Notes: generated by a model from the letters alone, not told the origin. A stretch of DNA of 64,000 bases from Acutalibacteraceae bacterium (GCA_963619535.1 CAVEWV010000004.1:1983-65982), one strand, 5' to 3'. Counted from the stretch's first letter, positions 30,501 to 36,457 are shown. Numbers and translations: made by a program.

Positions 30501-32127
30501 GCTGCACTTCACCACCGAGTACAACGAGGGCAGCCTTTCCTCCTTGCCTTGGCTCGTCGAGCAGGGGCTTGCCGCGGCCGGCGTTGACTCCGAGGGCCAT
30601 CCCACCTACACGCTGCAGTTCACGGCCACCGAGGACACTGACTCGCTGCCCGCGAGCATCACGCCCAAGGTCGCGACCTATGCCGTCAGCGTCATGCTCA
30701 CCGACGACCTGGCGGGCAACCTCACGGCCAACGTGACGTACCCCGACGGTGGCCTCACGTTCGAGAACTCCTACGACGAGGCCGTGGTGCGCGTCCAGGG
30801 CGTCAAGGCCTATGAGGGCGGCACCCTGAACGGCGGCGAGTTCACCTTCGCCATCTATCCCGTTGACGGCGGCCCCATGCCCACGAAGGCCTCTGCCACC
30901 AATGACGCCTCCGGCACCGTGGACTTCGGCGAGATTCTCTTCGACGCCGAGGTCAGCGGTCTGGCCGAGGCGGGCAGCCGCAGCTTCACCTATGAGGTCG
31001 TCGAGGACGTGACTGCGGCGTCCGGCACCCAGTACGACCTTGAGAACAAGTACTTCACCGTCACGGTGACGCGCGCTGAGGACGGCACGTTCTCCGCGAG
31101 GTGCGAGCCCTCTTCCGGCACGGCGCTCTTCACTTTCAAGAACTCCTATGTGCCCACGCCGACCGAGGACGCGGTGACGTCGCAGCTCAGCATGACCAAG
31201 ACGCTCATCGGCCGTGCGCAGGCTGCCGGCGAGTTCTCCTTCGAGATGTACGAGCTCGACAATGCCGGCAACCGCGTCTCCGACGCACCTGTGGCCACGG
31301 GCACCAGCGCCGCCGACGGCACGGTCACGATGTCTGAGATTCAGTTCACGCACTCCGGCGTCTATCGCTACGAGGTGGTCGAGCTCGCGGGCAGCGCGGC
31401 CGGCGTCTCGTACGACGCGCATGTCGCCCGCGTCCGCGCGACGGTCGGCACTGACCTCTCGGATGCGTCCCTGCTCGTGGAGTGGAGCGTGGAGGAGGGC
31501 AGCTCGCTTGACTTTGTGAACACCTACACGCCCGCTCCCACGTCCACGCAGGTCGTACTGACCAAGGAGCTTACGGGCGCCGAGCTCAAGGAGGGCCAGT
31601 TCACCTTCACGCTCACTGCCGAAAACGGCAAGACGCTCACCGCCACGAACGCTGCCGACGGCACCGTCACCTTCCCCGAGCTCACGTTCACCCAGGCAGG
31701 CACGTACACCTATACGGTGGCCGAGGTGAACGACGGGCAGGCGAACGTGACGTACGACGCGGACTCCGAGCGCACGGTTGTGGTGGAGGTCGCCGACGAC
31801 GGCCAGGGCCAGCTGTATGCGAGCGTCTCCGGCGACAGCCTGGCGTTCAAGAACAGCTATACCGAGCCCACGCCCGATCCCGATCCCACGCCCGACCCCA
31901 CGCCGACGCCGAAGCCCGATCCCACGCCGACGCCCGATCCCACGCCCACGCCCGAGCCTACCCCGACGCCCGACAACAAGGGCACGGACGACAAGTCCAC
32001 GACGGGGCAGATCGTCAAGACGGCCGACGAAACGCCTGACGCCGGCCTGCTTGCCGGCATGGCGCTCACCGGCGCCGGCTTGACCGCTGCGGGCGCATAC
32101 GCCCTGCGGCGCAGGACGCGCGAGTAG
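15508..32127 (+). CDS. Giant cell-surface adhesin with Cna-B-like and pilin-type isopeptide repeat domains, 5539 aa
   Basis: Track ORF 15268..32127, started at ATG 15508. Signal peptide ATFLAMAFCVLMAFGLVGGPVAGAQAAQA. Many K.W.D....RP Cna-B-like units and SpaA-like units (LVET.AP.GH). About 15 Spy0128/FctA-like units (GEFSF.L ... G.V.F..ITY...GTY.YTI.E ... TFTN.YTP). Acidic D/A/T/G-rich region ~29530-30330. PT linker 31861-31975. C-terminal VKTAD, then a hydrophobic helix, then RRRTRE. Confidence 0.85.
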   Translation: MDASNMNRTTTGRPAGVSHARQVRATFLAMAFCVLMAFGLVGGPVAGAQAAQAGREAQDFTGSASFTTVWADNNDTDGARPSTESMLAEGGYVIQWRAAGSADWATFDTDTAPAELNLTDEQLDAIRASIGMTVSGQNYVYSIGKLPTRYVDTDESGKQTTVNLEYRVIREGEVQGYSKLAEGAYDGAFDSTYYGDDASIECLQRLEDVTYRVVVNDGSGALQDTYTVDEWNAAFGKDQTESVHLDNEVISTNPVADETSTISVSGNVVTITTPRPKYYPDNSPLDYSMQHDAAATLQTADDGTIDYYQVGYSNANVPNHSSDISAAYSGGSLSLTHAGTVDFQATKKWYDDGATDRPATSYSLYRYSTNGGSVATAAQVAGATGEYVEFTLTSEQNVAAGEDGIELGALLPEDVQCNLAKYDPDGYPYVYFLREESVDGYKRIAASLTEDENHNVTVAYDKANYDSATLVDGKWTSVETGDSASENSVVIYNDGVISNVRVGSTVPQLAKSWVAGAYQDQLSDVTVSMQLMRHAKSDGMEPDPTTGLYAIDATWEAVGNPVELTGWLAGNMAQTVSSSVARYDLMGHEFVYQWCEVNVSGPSVQSFTLYTEGAYAGITGTAVLTLKDEQGQDETVVFEGYYTANVAEDGTVTDKTIVNAYVSQTIARLTKYWNVDGELVTGIANPYGSKTIEVQNEDGTTSIVTFPDSLTFSLYRNEELYFNGLVADGVVEDDWTDVDVDGDGTVDFKYRESSPWTLDVDCLAKYDEAGSKYLYYIAENPGEGFSASFGFQATTDTYDFTKSDGTENNRVINLSTVTNSPYPGEGTTVRVSKEWVDDGNNTGRNAVLVEVYAKSDVVKSDGTPVTDSEGNPIKAGDSIATVTLEDANGWYNKVGISAGGGIYLPEGQEAPEGFEPGNGNGFYYGVREVSNDNYVTVQLADGKVYDRAGNDVSDVYGDASLSPWADGTWRLITNEDAVADEGGYVYDISYSIRTDFFGSKVVVTNRRVGLVDVTLSKVWVDEGADPAKRPTAYYQVMGEQDGIFYADDEGNVYAQLPESPTAYPLYLDAAHTEHLTVDMLANGSEDFSSMLRIQITEQNSDAFTIYGLPKFDYEGKAFNYSASEALGEDAQGTDYAGMGSSSSAKFNSYLQHSDKRTYTFSNGRTGTKDVTFFTRWYDEYVKEGLNQRPDVYLTLYTIDADGNPQVVSGYERVKWVSDSDWDDEHTDAVYNQRATIHGLPKYDSNGKEIVYYATITPSVNYSTYHDVLDYQSIEFGTSSDDSGNVKWDQADEEVAKAQSKYQGVGDNETTALREDGTFIFRIDNSVVVQGTKIWTNLPGDYSGNLPDISIFVQQRLQGANALDEGWSSLVVIKADTADGGITGSGYEVEHAQAGAALVDESGDQVVAWTTLSGNSTDSKTKVFTLSYYGENSADQTEGVRLPMYDEYGHRYEYHAHEIMDGLIQDESGNPEGGFTLDELIASIEGGNDTYAGPTVISSGIGTSFRVHNTFLDTRQQGQLSVRKLITDLPKDAKLADVTMTLYRKASDGSWTKVGQQTLTPTANLSGGTQAELTFTFTDLAIYDPTGTRYEYKVVETATNGYETSCAAGYVTVEDDLVAGYEVEGLHAYKDGETTEYEDGIAATYLNRYTGDDVSISGAKVWADRNNAFGLRPDAITLKVTRTYQDGTVDTSLGSEGEVVLQSTDPDASNYLAWNYTAGTSKWTYTISNLLKWAPDGKAWKYTVIEAEVPEHYSCASKGGTVSVDRSTTVPDIRNNILGTVSFTKEYKDNSDQWSQRPTTYYQLQSRMRAEGGEWTQWSEANDTFTRLGTPLVEAKLDPNNQYCPMGHILPDGNTNTIVRLQGNRSDWRFTWYRLPCVAEHDGTTYEIAWRVVEVRVVYDINAADADRIVVDLVNPGDDTNGTVTYVDADGNTYKPYSTSQSTKTNGTNTTSSITNTLVSTELKVTKVWDDDDNAWVTRPGTTTSASAWSSTFVIQRSSDNGATWKWFTKYGEAVADSAALDASGNPNASLLSVTVSGKAGTSSSTATFENLPAYDPKTGQAYVYRAVEVVKGSYSVVDGQQVVEGNSKLVTVDVTNAEQNAEQTFTNKLQTVVLQGTKAWLEVGKGLLFDDTDPLASGLTFELQRTTDANPSESSAWQKATKTVDGTQVSIQPAWTKGEDGTDEGFSDVWTFAYENLPANDQSGKAYTYRVVEVDGSQPGYYAVYPNGNVTQVDAASATQTNATILNVPTMFTFDKLDLADGKSGVTGDDGTPNSLNGVTFEISDSKGDVVATWSRSNDGTEQVTYSDDTNVSGESVYVAGLAAGTYTVHESAVPSGHIAVADFKISITAQGVVSKAGGSGASSVTLEASASDEEQQLGIKKFRLTASDAVVRGSFSIQKFYKNRNAEYPVAGMTFDLYVNPSSESNGTLIATGLTTDANGAWTSAGNTAVTYDSDAMSHAFGDLAKYYVTANDGLPEGSYRLVETGTSAYTVKAQGQTFDFKIAVNGGYAQPALVKVRAENTEFTSQAFLYKVDADDEDLFLDGATFSLYWIAEGAAEGTDYKLVASGLVSGKMYEVKPNMSGVVNAQGAKLGTGELAIFNLKKGAYKLVETAPAPGHTLAADETARTVTFTVTEGSDGEGQVSPETLTLTNTKTVLALAKTSQDGTLLTGAEFTVAPAHGSAFADGTTAAKAFVVGQDGTLTIAGELVASNSYVVTETATPAGFKLCGESITVSLDASGNVSANVPTGSAWSFSASSDAVAATLTLADQPTSLVLAKVSASDGAALDGATFTVTPLEGSTFAGGSTDARDYAVGSDGTVTITGELVAGMSYQVAETTAPHGYIRSAVSVVVSLDATGAASVNVSGKTGWTFDGSAAKLTLSDVLATTSAGLNADKYIDGRDWASHDSFSFSLVYADTDEVVATATAAYNQADPSASGQMTFDPALTFTVAELEALVEQGRAVYDEDASTWDIPYTIVEADTAIPGITKAQDTPVMLRVTQAVDGSLSAAFFGYNAEGQFDYSQVVASFGITNPFTDASVTAAPRVHKYISVAGVNMTDELEAELRAQYAGKFSFSMVAQGATLSYANGDNVNLSADDIAATLPAESATATNDASGNVQFGDITITRALLRGASEAVFRYTVSEDEGTLAGITYNDGVYTLNVKVTDTAEGGLQVVDITFDKDASTFDTDICFTNIFEPETVSAAPSAVKAVQPSEGNSFDLAGGEFSFTLHAVSAPQDVDVADDFPDQSKTNGNAGDAEVAQFDSLTFSVAGTYVFQVTEDALDKGNLTETQQAAFSHDDTVYTITYEVATDYETGKLYIKSVTSAPAAAEDVAGSDQVTFTNAYTPAPVTYNPGATKTITSLNGGAKRVPQAGEFTFALVDPSDDASSPMPEGSETGSGTPAKYVTNGAANDKGIAAVEFGTITYTQPGTYNYLIVESLGTDDTITYDASVFKLTVTVTDEGGKLAVQAQTSKRGNDTQQVEAAFNNLYTPEPSDDVVLGATKTLTGTRPNALAEGEFTFGLFAGSYESADALNAEGVEPLDTAGNAADGSVAFDAITYDVAGTYTYTIAERGADGTTWAGGGTKDGVTYDATIHLVSVVVADVDGKLVAGVAYDGASELPAFTNAYAAATATAAPVAHKAVQPSEGNSYELVGGEFSFSLKAVSAPEGVDVASFADQAKTNGADGDASLVKFDQMSFTVAGAYTFSLVEEGVNQGDDSPLTDGQKDAFGTDATAWTVTVQVSDDGEGQLHASVSYSKDGGEGSSEAPTFTNTYTPASLEILPDATKVLSGRDVQALEDDEFTFGFFEGELSVEALNGGEVQPLSTATNAANGKIYFDTVTFDRPGTYTYTIAELGADGATWAGGGTKDGVTYDATPCYLTITVADSKGELVIAQATDTKGGEQIDVPTFTNTYAAATATAAPVAHKAVQPSEGNSYELVGGEFSFSLKAVSAPEGVDVASFADQAKTNGADGDASLVKFDQMSFTVAGAYTFSLVEEGVNQGDDSPLTDGQKDAFGTDATAWTVTVQVSDDGEGQLHASVSYSKDGGEGSSEAPTFTNAYTPASATYEVTASKTITSTNGGAQRTPEDQEFSFVLTDAGNDLDDGTATPMPDGSTFPEDGTPAAKLAYNGPADEDGVAAVAFGQMTYTRPGTYNYTVAEQECDSDTVTYDATVFGVTVTVTDQAGTLVVQSRTYKLDSADVDAAVAFDNTYTPVASDEVVLGATKVLEGSRPEALAEGEFTFALFAGSYDSADALNAEGVEPLATASNAADGSVAFDAITYDTADTYEYTIAELGADGLTWAGGGVANGVTYDASIHHAVVTVTDEGGKFVASVAYDDAAEQPVFTNSYSVTGTVSASAYVTKTVVGADNANGSFTFALTPSKDYGDAVKVADGEGALVNLGTGSLEAVVDQQLADGQTSEAVAFPQLTFTAPSPEGGYTFTVAETSWDESYWTSSTGTRSLTFYVLDDGKGGLVLSGDAQGTTPFSADDVTKAFTNTHDSSTDSSVTGAVSIKKTLSGRALTEGEFSFELRYAGSDEQRAYLEGDLDQVRSNVADGTVAFDTITFKNVGTYAFEVAELGADGGFATGGVSGNVTYSTDVYDVVATVTRGADMQYQLVWSITRQGSGSPASQATFSNSYATVASTDVVIEGSKVLHGSSFDAEAVIEKVKQEQQDADSSKSATDADKSSDAKTDSVDADKDATDKKTEDTTGAADNGSDASNGGDGADAGTDADADNGTNTDNGADADGSTDDGTVEPDNGDGNVDGGSDANADASTDGGSEPDATTVDGDEPSADDNASTDDSGQTAEATDDAQDADAQAGEEQVAQVDEPAAEQQVDEGAEAQQAASQAMLVDDGVVISAFSLVEPSVANADEATDNTEADQAQGQAVDGSDAQADTAGQQDDTNSDADASQQDGTGESGDTDGTSTDADLQAKIDQALEEARVAARGTDRAIEAGEFSFTLTFAGRDDLVVGTATNGSSEAGQAASVVFPSLHFTTEYNEGSLSSLPWLVEQGLAAAGVDSEGHPTYTLQFTATEDTDSLPASITPKVATYAVSVMLTDDLAGNLTANVTYPDGGLTFENSYDEAVVRVQGVKAYEGGTLNGGEFTFAIYPVDGGPMPTKASATNDASGTVDFGEILFDAEVSGLAEAGSRSFTYEVVEDVTAASGTQYDLENKYFTVTVTRAEDGTFSARCEPSSGTALFTFKNSYVPTPTEDAVTSQLSMTKTLIGRAQAAGEFSFEMYELDNAGNRVSDAPVATGTSAADGTVTMSEIQFTHSGVYRYEVVELAGSAAGVSYDAHVARVRATVGTDLSDASLLVEWSVEEGSSLDFVNTYTPAPTSTQVVLTKELTGAELKEGQFTFTLTAENGKTLTATNAADGTVTFPELTFTQAGTYTYTVAEVNDGQANVTYDADSERTVVVEVADDGQGQLYASVSGDSLAFKNSYTEPTPDPDPTPDPTPTPKPDPTPTPDPTPTPEPTPTPDNKGTDDKSTTGQIVKTADETPDAGLLAGMALTGAGLTAAGAYALRRRTRE
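26394..27677 (+). repeat. Intragenic 423-bp perfect duplication at 861-bp offset
   Basis: 26394-26816 is identical base for base to 27255-27677, checked line by line. Near-identity extends about 15 bp upstream and 30 bp downstream. Modules are arranged A-B-C-A-C-A-B-C between ~25100 and 28560. Confidence 0.9.
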
Positions 32128-32143
32128 CAGCCAACGTGTTCGG

Positions 32144-32180
32144 GACGCCCCGGCTCTTTCGAGCCGGGGCGTTTTTTGTT
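32144..32180 (+). terminator. Rho-independent terminator of the giant adhesin gene
   Basis: GACGCCCCGGCTC tttc GAGCCGGGGCGT followed by TTTTTTGTT. Confidence 0.85.
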
Positions 32181-32327
32181 GCATATGTCGCATGCCGGGG
32201 GAATCGTGCATTGCGCCGAAACTGTGTGCCGTCGTTTGAGACTTGCTGCTAAAGTCGCCTTCATGTGTAGGATTTCGGCCAGAGCGCTGGCTTGAAGAGG
32301 CCGCAAAACCCATTGACGGGAGCATGT

Positions 32328-33278
32328 ATGACGCAAGAGATTCGCCAAAGGCTGTTGGGAGGGGAGCGGGCGCTGTTCGGGGCTCGCGACCTGAGCATCG
32401 TGGACACGGTTTTCACCGACGGCGAGTCTGCGCTCAAAGAGAGCAACGACATCACGCTTCAGGGTTGCTCGTTCTGCTGGAAATACCCCCTGTGGTACAG
32501 CCGCAACGTGGAAGTGCGCCAGTGCACGTGGTTCGAGATGGCGCGCTCGGGGGTGTGGTACACGCAGGGCATCAGCGTCCAAGACAGCGTCATCCAAGCC
32601 CCGAAGAACTTCCGGCGCTGCCAGGGGGTCACGCTTCGCGACGTCACGCTGACCAACGCCGCCGAGACGCTCTGGACGTGCCGCGACGTCAGGCTCGAGC
32701 ATGTGAGCGCCAAGGGCGACTACTTCGGCATGAACTGCAAGGATGTCGAGGCGGACGGCCTTGTGCTCGACGGCAACTACTGCTTCGACGGGGCGCGACG
32801 CGTCCACGTGAAGAACTCGCGCCTCCTGTCCAAGGACGCCTTCTGGAACACCGAGGACGTCGTCATCGAAGACTCCTTCATCGCAGGAGAATACCTCGGG
32901 TGGAATTCCAAGAACCTTCGCCTTGAGCGCTGCTGCATCCAGAGCACCCAGGGCTTGTGCTATATCGACGGGCTCGTCATGCACGACTGCAAGCTGCTCG
33001 ACACGACCCTGGCCTTCGAATACTCCCAGGTGCAGGCAAGCGTGTCGGGCAGGATCGACAGCGTGTTCAACCCGGCGGGCGGCACCATCCAGGCAGACGC
33101 CATCGGGCAGCTCATCCTTGACGCCGACCGCGTCGACCCTGCCCAGACCGACATCGTGGCGCGCGAGGCGGGGCTGCCCGGTGCCGTGACCTCCCTTGAG
33201 GCGGGCGCACAGGGGCCCTGCGACGTGTATCACGTGCTGGGGTCCGACTCGGCCCCAGGCAGCCCGCTGCCCGCTTAG
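32328..33278 (+). CDS. DUF3737-family protein (beta-helix-like), 316 aa
   Basis: Track ORF 32292..33278, started at ATG 32328. Motifs FTDGESALKES, WKYPLWY, MARSGVWYT, APKNFRR, GDYFGMN, KDAFWNTEDV, GEYLGWNSKNL and QGLCYI, as I recall them for DUF3737. Confidence 0.65.
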   Translation: MTQEIRQRLLGGERALFGARDLSIVDTVFTDGESALKESNDITLQGCSFCWKYPLWYSRNVEVRQCTWFEMARSGVWYTQGISVQDSVIQAPKNFRRCQGVTLRDVTLTNAAETLWTCRDVRLEHVSAKGDYFGMNCKDVEADGLVLDGNYCFDGARRVHVKNSRLLSKDAFWNTEDVVIEDSFIAGEYLGWNSKNLRLERCCIQSTQGLCYIDGLVMHDCKLLDTTLAFEYSQVQASVSGRIDSVFNPAGGTIQADAIGQLILDADRVDPAQTDIVAREAGLPGAVTSLEAGAQGPCDVYHVLGSDSAPGSPLPA

Positions 33279-34588
33279 ATGTAGTCGGAGATGTAGGGGC
33301 ACTCGTGCAGGATCGCCGCGTCGAGCGCCTCCACCACGGCGGCGTCGCCCTGGATGCGCTCGCGCTCGAAGAGCTGCTCGGCGCTCTTGTAGCCCATGAG
33401 CAGGCAGGTGAGCGTGCCGATAGACATCGAGAGGCGGCCGATCCCCTTGAGGTGCGCCTGGATGAGCGCATCGTCGTCGGCTGAGCCGCCAGGCTGCGTG
33501 GCGTCCGCGCCCTTGCCGACCGGGCGGTACGTCTCCGCCACCACGGTCTTCCCCTCGCAGAACTCCACGACATACGTGGCGTTGTTCTCCTGCAGGAAGG
33601 GGTCGCTCACCTCAAGGGCGATGCGCAGGTTGGCGTCGGCGGCGCAGGGGTACTGCTCCAGTAACTGCCCAACGTCCACGATGCGGCCCATGATGTAGGG
33701 CTGGATGGTCTCCTCGATGTGGGAGTCCTCCATGTCGAAGGCAATCGGCTCGTTGAAGTAGGTGTTGCCCCGCACCTCGTCGATCATCGAGTCGTGCGCG
33801 TGGATGTACTCCCACAGGCCCTTCTGCGCCTCGCGGTTGAGGTAGATCATTTCCTTGATGTGCATGACGTCGTCTTTGATGAGGTAGACCATGTACCCCA
33901 TGGGCCGGTCATCGACGTTGTAGTAGACAGCCACCATCGTGTCGTCCTCGTCCCAGCGCCAGTACTCGTCCCAGGCAAGCGCGTTGCGGAAGAGGCACCC
34001 GTGCGTCTGCTGGGCGAAGGCCGCGTGCAGGTTCATGAAGTCGGGGCTGTCGTCGGGCACGCGGCGCACGTAGCCCGGGGCGCTCATGCGCCGGGGCACC
34101 TGGTTGTCGCGCACCTTGTAGGAGATGCGGTTGGAGATGATCTCCCAGCCGCGGTGGCGGTAGAGCGGGATGGAGTAGGGGAAGAGGATGGCGAGTGGCT
34201 GGCGCTTCTCGCGCATGCGCTCCAGGCTCTTGCGCATGAGCCTGCCCATGATGCCGCGCCCCGTGTACTCAGGGTAGGTGCAGACGCTCGTGATGAAGCC
34301 CACCTGGTAGACGGCCTGGTAGATGTTCATCTTGAGCGGGTAGACCGCAAACTGGGAGATGAGCTCGTCGCCGTCGTAGCAGCCCAGGATGTCGGCGCGC
34401 TTGATGACGGGGAACTTGGACTGCTCGATGGAATCGTTGCTCCAGCCGTCGGCCATGAGCTCCTGCTCCGTGACCTGGAAGGCGTAGCGCAGAAGCGCGT
34501 TGTACTGGTCGAGGTCGTCCACCGTGAGGTCGCGGATGGTGTAGGGGAACGGACGCTCGTCTTGCCCGTGTGCTCTGTCTGCACACAT
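33275..34588 (-). CDS. Eis-like GNAT N-acetyltransferase with SCP2-like C-terminus, 437 aa
   Basis: Track ORF 33275..34657, started at ATG 34588. YTIRDLTVDDLDQYNALLRYAF and the acetyl-CoA motif TYPEYTGRGIMGRLMRKSL. Length and C-terminal domain match the Eis family. Confidence 0.7.
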   Translation of the reverse strand: MCADRAHGQDERPFPYTIRDLTVDDLDQYNALLRYAFQVTEQELMADGWSNDSIEQSKFPVIKRADILGCYDGDELISQFAVYPLKMNIYQAVYQVGFITSVCTYPEYTGRGIMGRLMRKSLERMREKRQPLAILFPYSIPLYRHRGWEIISNRISYKVRDNQVPRRMSAPGYVRRVPDDSPDFMNLHAAFAQQTHGCLFRNALAWDEYWRWDEDDTMVAVYYNVDDRPMGYMVYLIKDDVMHIKEMIYLNREAQKGLWEYIHAHDSMIDEVRGNTYFNEPIAFDMEDSHIEETIQPYIMGRIVDVGQLLEQYPCAADANLRIALEVSDPFLQENNATYVVEFCEGKTVVAETYRPVGKGADATQPGGSADDDALIQAHLKGIGRLSMSIGTLTCLLMGYKSAEQLFERERIQGDAAVVEALDAAILHECPYISDYI

Positions 34589-34718
34589 AGGTATCAAGTC
34601 CCTTCGTTGCATTGCTGCCAATGGTCTGCTGCATCCCAAAGGTACCCAAAAAGGCATAGACCCCTTGCGGATGTCTGCGCCTCACGGGACTCATCTAACG
34701 AAAAAACCAGCGTATCGG

Positions 34719-34816
34719 TTATGCCCCCGTCGCCTCAGATGCCACGATGCGCGCCTCGGGGTCGTTGTAGGCGCTGCGGACCAACCCGCCCAGGATGGTG
34801 GACGAGGTAACACCCG
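34719..34816 (-). pseudogene. Remnant of the last ~32 codons of a TcyP-like transporter paralog
   Basis: The minus strand translates GVTSSTILGGLVRSAYNDPEARIVASEATGA-stop. This aligns codon for codon (about 75 percent nt identity by eye) with the 3' end of the intact gene at 46626 (GLTSSNILGGLDRDVYNDPEKRIVSSEAAQD-stop). Homology stops abruptly at ~34816. Confidence 0.75.
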
Positions 34817-34829
34817 CCGGGTTTCTAAA

Positions 34830-34861
34830 CCAAAAAGGCCCCTGCTGAAATCAGCAGAGGC
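34830..34861 (-). terminator. Rho-independent terminator of tRNA-Ile
   Basis: On the minus strand GCCTCTGCTGA tt TCAGCAGGGGC is followed by CTTTTTGGTTT, 14 nt after the tRNA 3' end. Confidence 0.75.
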
Positions 34862-34875
34862 TCTTGCATTCAAAA

Positions 34876-34952
34876 TGGTGGGCCCGACAAGGTTCGAACT
34901 TGTGACCTCCCGGTTATCAGCCGGACGCTCTGACCAACTGAGCTACGGGCCC
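34876..34952 (-). tRNA. tRNA-Ile (anticodon GAU), CCA encoded
   Basis: Manual cloverleaf. Acceptor GGGCCCG/CGGGCCC, D arm GCUC/GAGC, anticodon stem UCCGG/CCGGG with loop CUGAUAA, T arm ACAAG/CUUGU with loop UUCGAAC, 3' ACCA. Confidence 0.95.
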
Positions 34953-34963
34953 GCAAGAGAGAT

Positions 34964-34991
34964 AGTTTAGTGATTTCCATCTCTCTAGCAA
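34964..34991 (-). promoter_or_regulatory. Putative promoter of tRNA-Ile
   Basis: On the minus strand TTGCTA, 16 nt, then TAAACT, ending 11 nt upstream of the tRNA 5' end. Confidence 0.5.
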
Positions 34992-35308
34992 CGATTATTT
35001 GCAGCTAAGGCGATTATCCACAACTGAAACACAAATACACACATCGATACCCGGCAATGGCGGGGAAAAAGTCCCTGCGATTGAGTGGACTAGGGCCTTG
35101 CAGTCAACCCAGTTTCATTAGCGAGCAGATTCAAAAATGCACGTCACCGCGTGGAAATTGTGCTGTATACCGCAGCAAATCAAGTCATCGACAATGATTC
35201 CCGCCTCATTTCTGCCGTGCTCCTTAAAGGCGTAGTGTTGATACGGCTGTTGGCAATGCCGAAATTCTTTCTAAGGAGTAGGAATCCATCTTCAAGCGTA
35301 AATTGACA

Positions 35309-35338
35309 AAAAAGAGCCGACTGATCGGCTCTTTTTAC
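35309..35338. terminator. Bidirectional hairpin terminator
   Basis: AAAAAGAGCCGA ctga TCGGCTCTTTTT, with A/T tracts on both sides. It sits 83 nt downstream of the Abi-like ORF end. Confidence 0.7.
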
Positions 35339-35420
35339 AGCTATACGCTGTTGATAGAGTAAAGATACAGCCTTCCTGCCTTTTTGTCAAATGCAACCGT
35401 GTCAAATGCAAAGGCGACAA

Positions 35421-36101
35421 TCACACCTTCCGCAGATATTCCATGATACGTGCAAGCTTCTGCCGATCGCCGCTGCCCACGATTTGCATGTAACGATCGA
35501 CGCCCATATGGAGCTCAAAGGCCGAAAGCAGGCGCGTGCACCCTTGCATGAACGCCAGCGAAGGTCGCTTTCTTTTAGACAACCTCTCACGCAAAAGGGC
35601 GACGAGGAGCATGTAGTCGACAATGCTGTTGAATGCCGGCCGCACCGGAAGTGACAAGCGGGACTCCAGTACCTGGCCTGCAAGGGTGAGGTCCGGGCTC
35701 GCGGGCTTGTACATGCTGGCCTGGCTAAATCGTGCGTCGAACACCACCTGGTTGTGGGCGACCGCGTTGCGCAGGGGGCGAACGGACTCGACCAGTGCGG
35801 GCAGGAGGGCCGGGTTGTCGCCAAGAAGCCCCATGTCGTCGAGCGACCCCATCGCCGTGGGCGCAGGAACACACCTGCAAAGCAACGAGAGGTTACCCAG
35901 ACTAATGGTGCTCTCGGGCTTTGCATCGGTTTTGCACCCTTGATTTGCACTCATCGGCGCATGGCTGGTCTGGGCATGAGAAATCGGGTCCAGAGTATTG
36001 GTCAATCTGAGAATCGGCCGAAAGGCCAGGGGAGACAGCGCATCGGGCCTCAAGCAGGTCCGGCGGGCTCGTGGTGAGGTGACCGTCGCTTGAATGCGCA
36101 A
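35421..36101 (-). pseudogene. Abi_2 (AbiD/AbiF-like abortive infection) protein, apparently N-terminally truncated or degenerate
   Basis: The C-terminal two thirds carry SLGNLSLL ... VRPLRNAVAHNQVVFDARF, typical of the Abi_2 family. The first ~50 codons of the ORF look non-homologous (RARRTCLRPDALSP). An in-frame ATG at 35954 is a possible start of a shortened product. Confidence 0.5.
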
Positions 36102-36210
36102 AGGTTTGTCATATTAGTCTGTTAAATGAATCAAGCAACTAAGAATATTGAATATTACCTTGATAGAGTCGTTGATCACCAATGTAGCTCATCAGCCCAT
36201 TTGCACCTAT

Positions 36211-36271
36211 GGTGACAATTGTCACCATAACGGTTGAACTGGAACTATGCGAGGCGGTGACAATTGTCACC
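36211..36271. promoter_or_regulatory. Second pair of the 16-bp palindrome GGTGACAATTGTCACC
   Basis: Perfect copies at 36211-36226 and 36256-36271, centres 45 bp apart, 187 bp upstream of ATG 36458. Confidence 0.6.
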
Positions 36272-36457
36272 ACTATCGAACATATGGAGAGACTGTGCGC
36301 TAGCACCCGTTGGACGGTTGCATATTGCCAAATTATTAGAGCAAGTGAACAATACAAGTCAGCCGCACGATACACCCTCAGCGGTAGCGTAAGGTTGGTT
36401 TCTCTTTATTGGTCGGGTGGGCCCGAGGGTCCATCCCCAACAGAAAGGAGTGTCCCA

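Noticed and set aside
34876-36200. A classical tRNA-targeted integrative element with integrase and att repeats.
   Set aside because: No integrase or recombinase gene was found, and no direct repeat of the tRNA 3' end. The atypical DNA lies on the 5' (promoter) side of the tRNA, not at its 3' end. I report only the remnant-bracketed segment.
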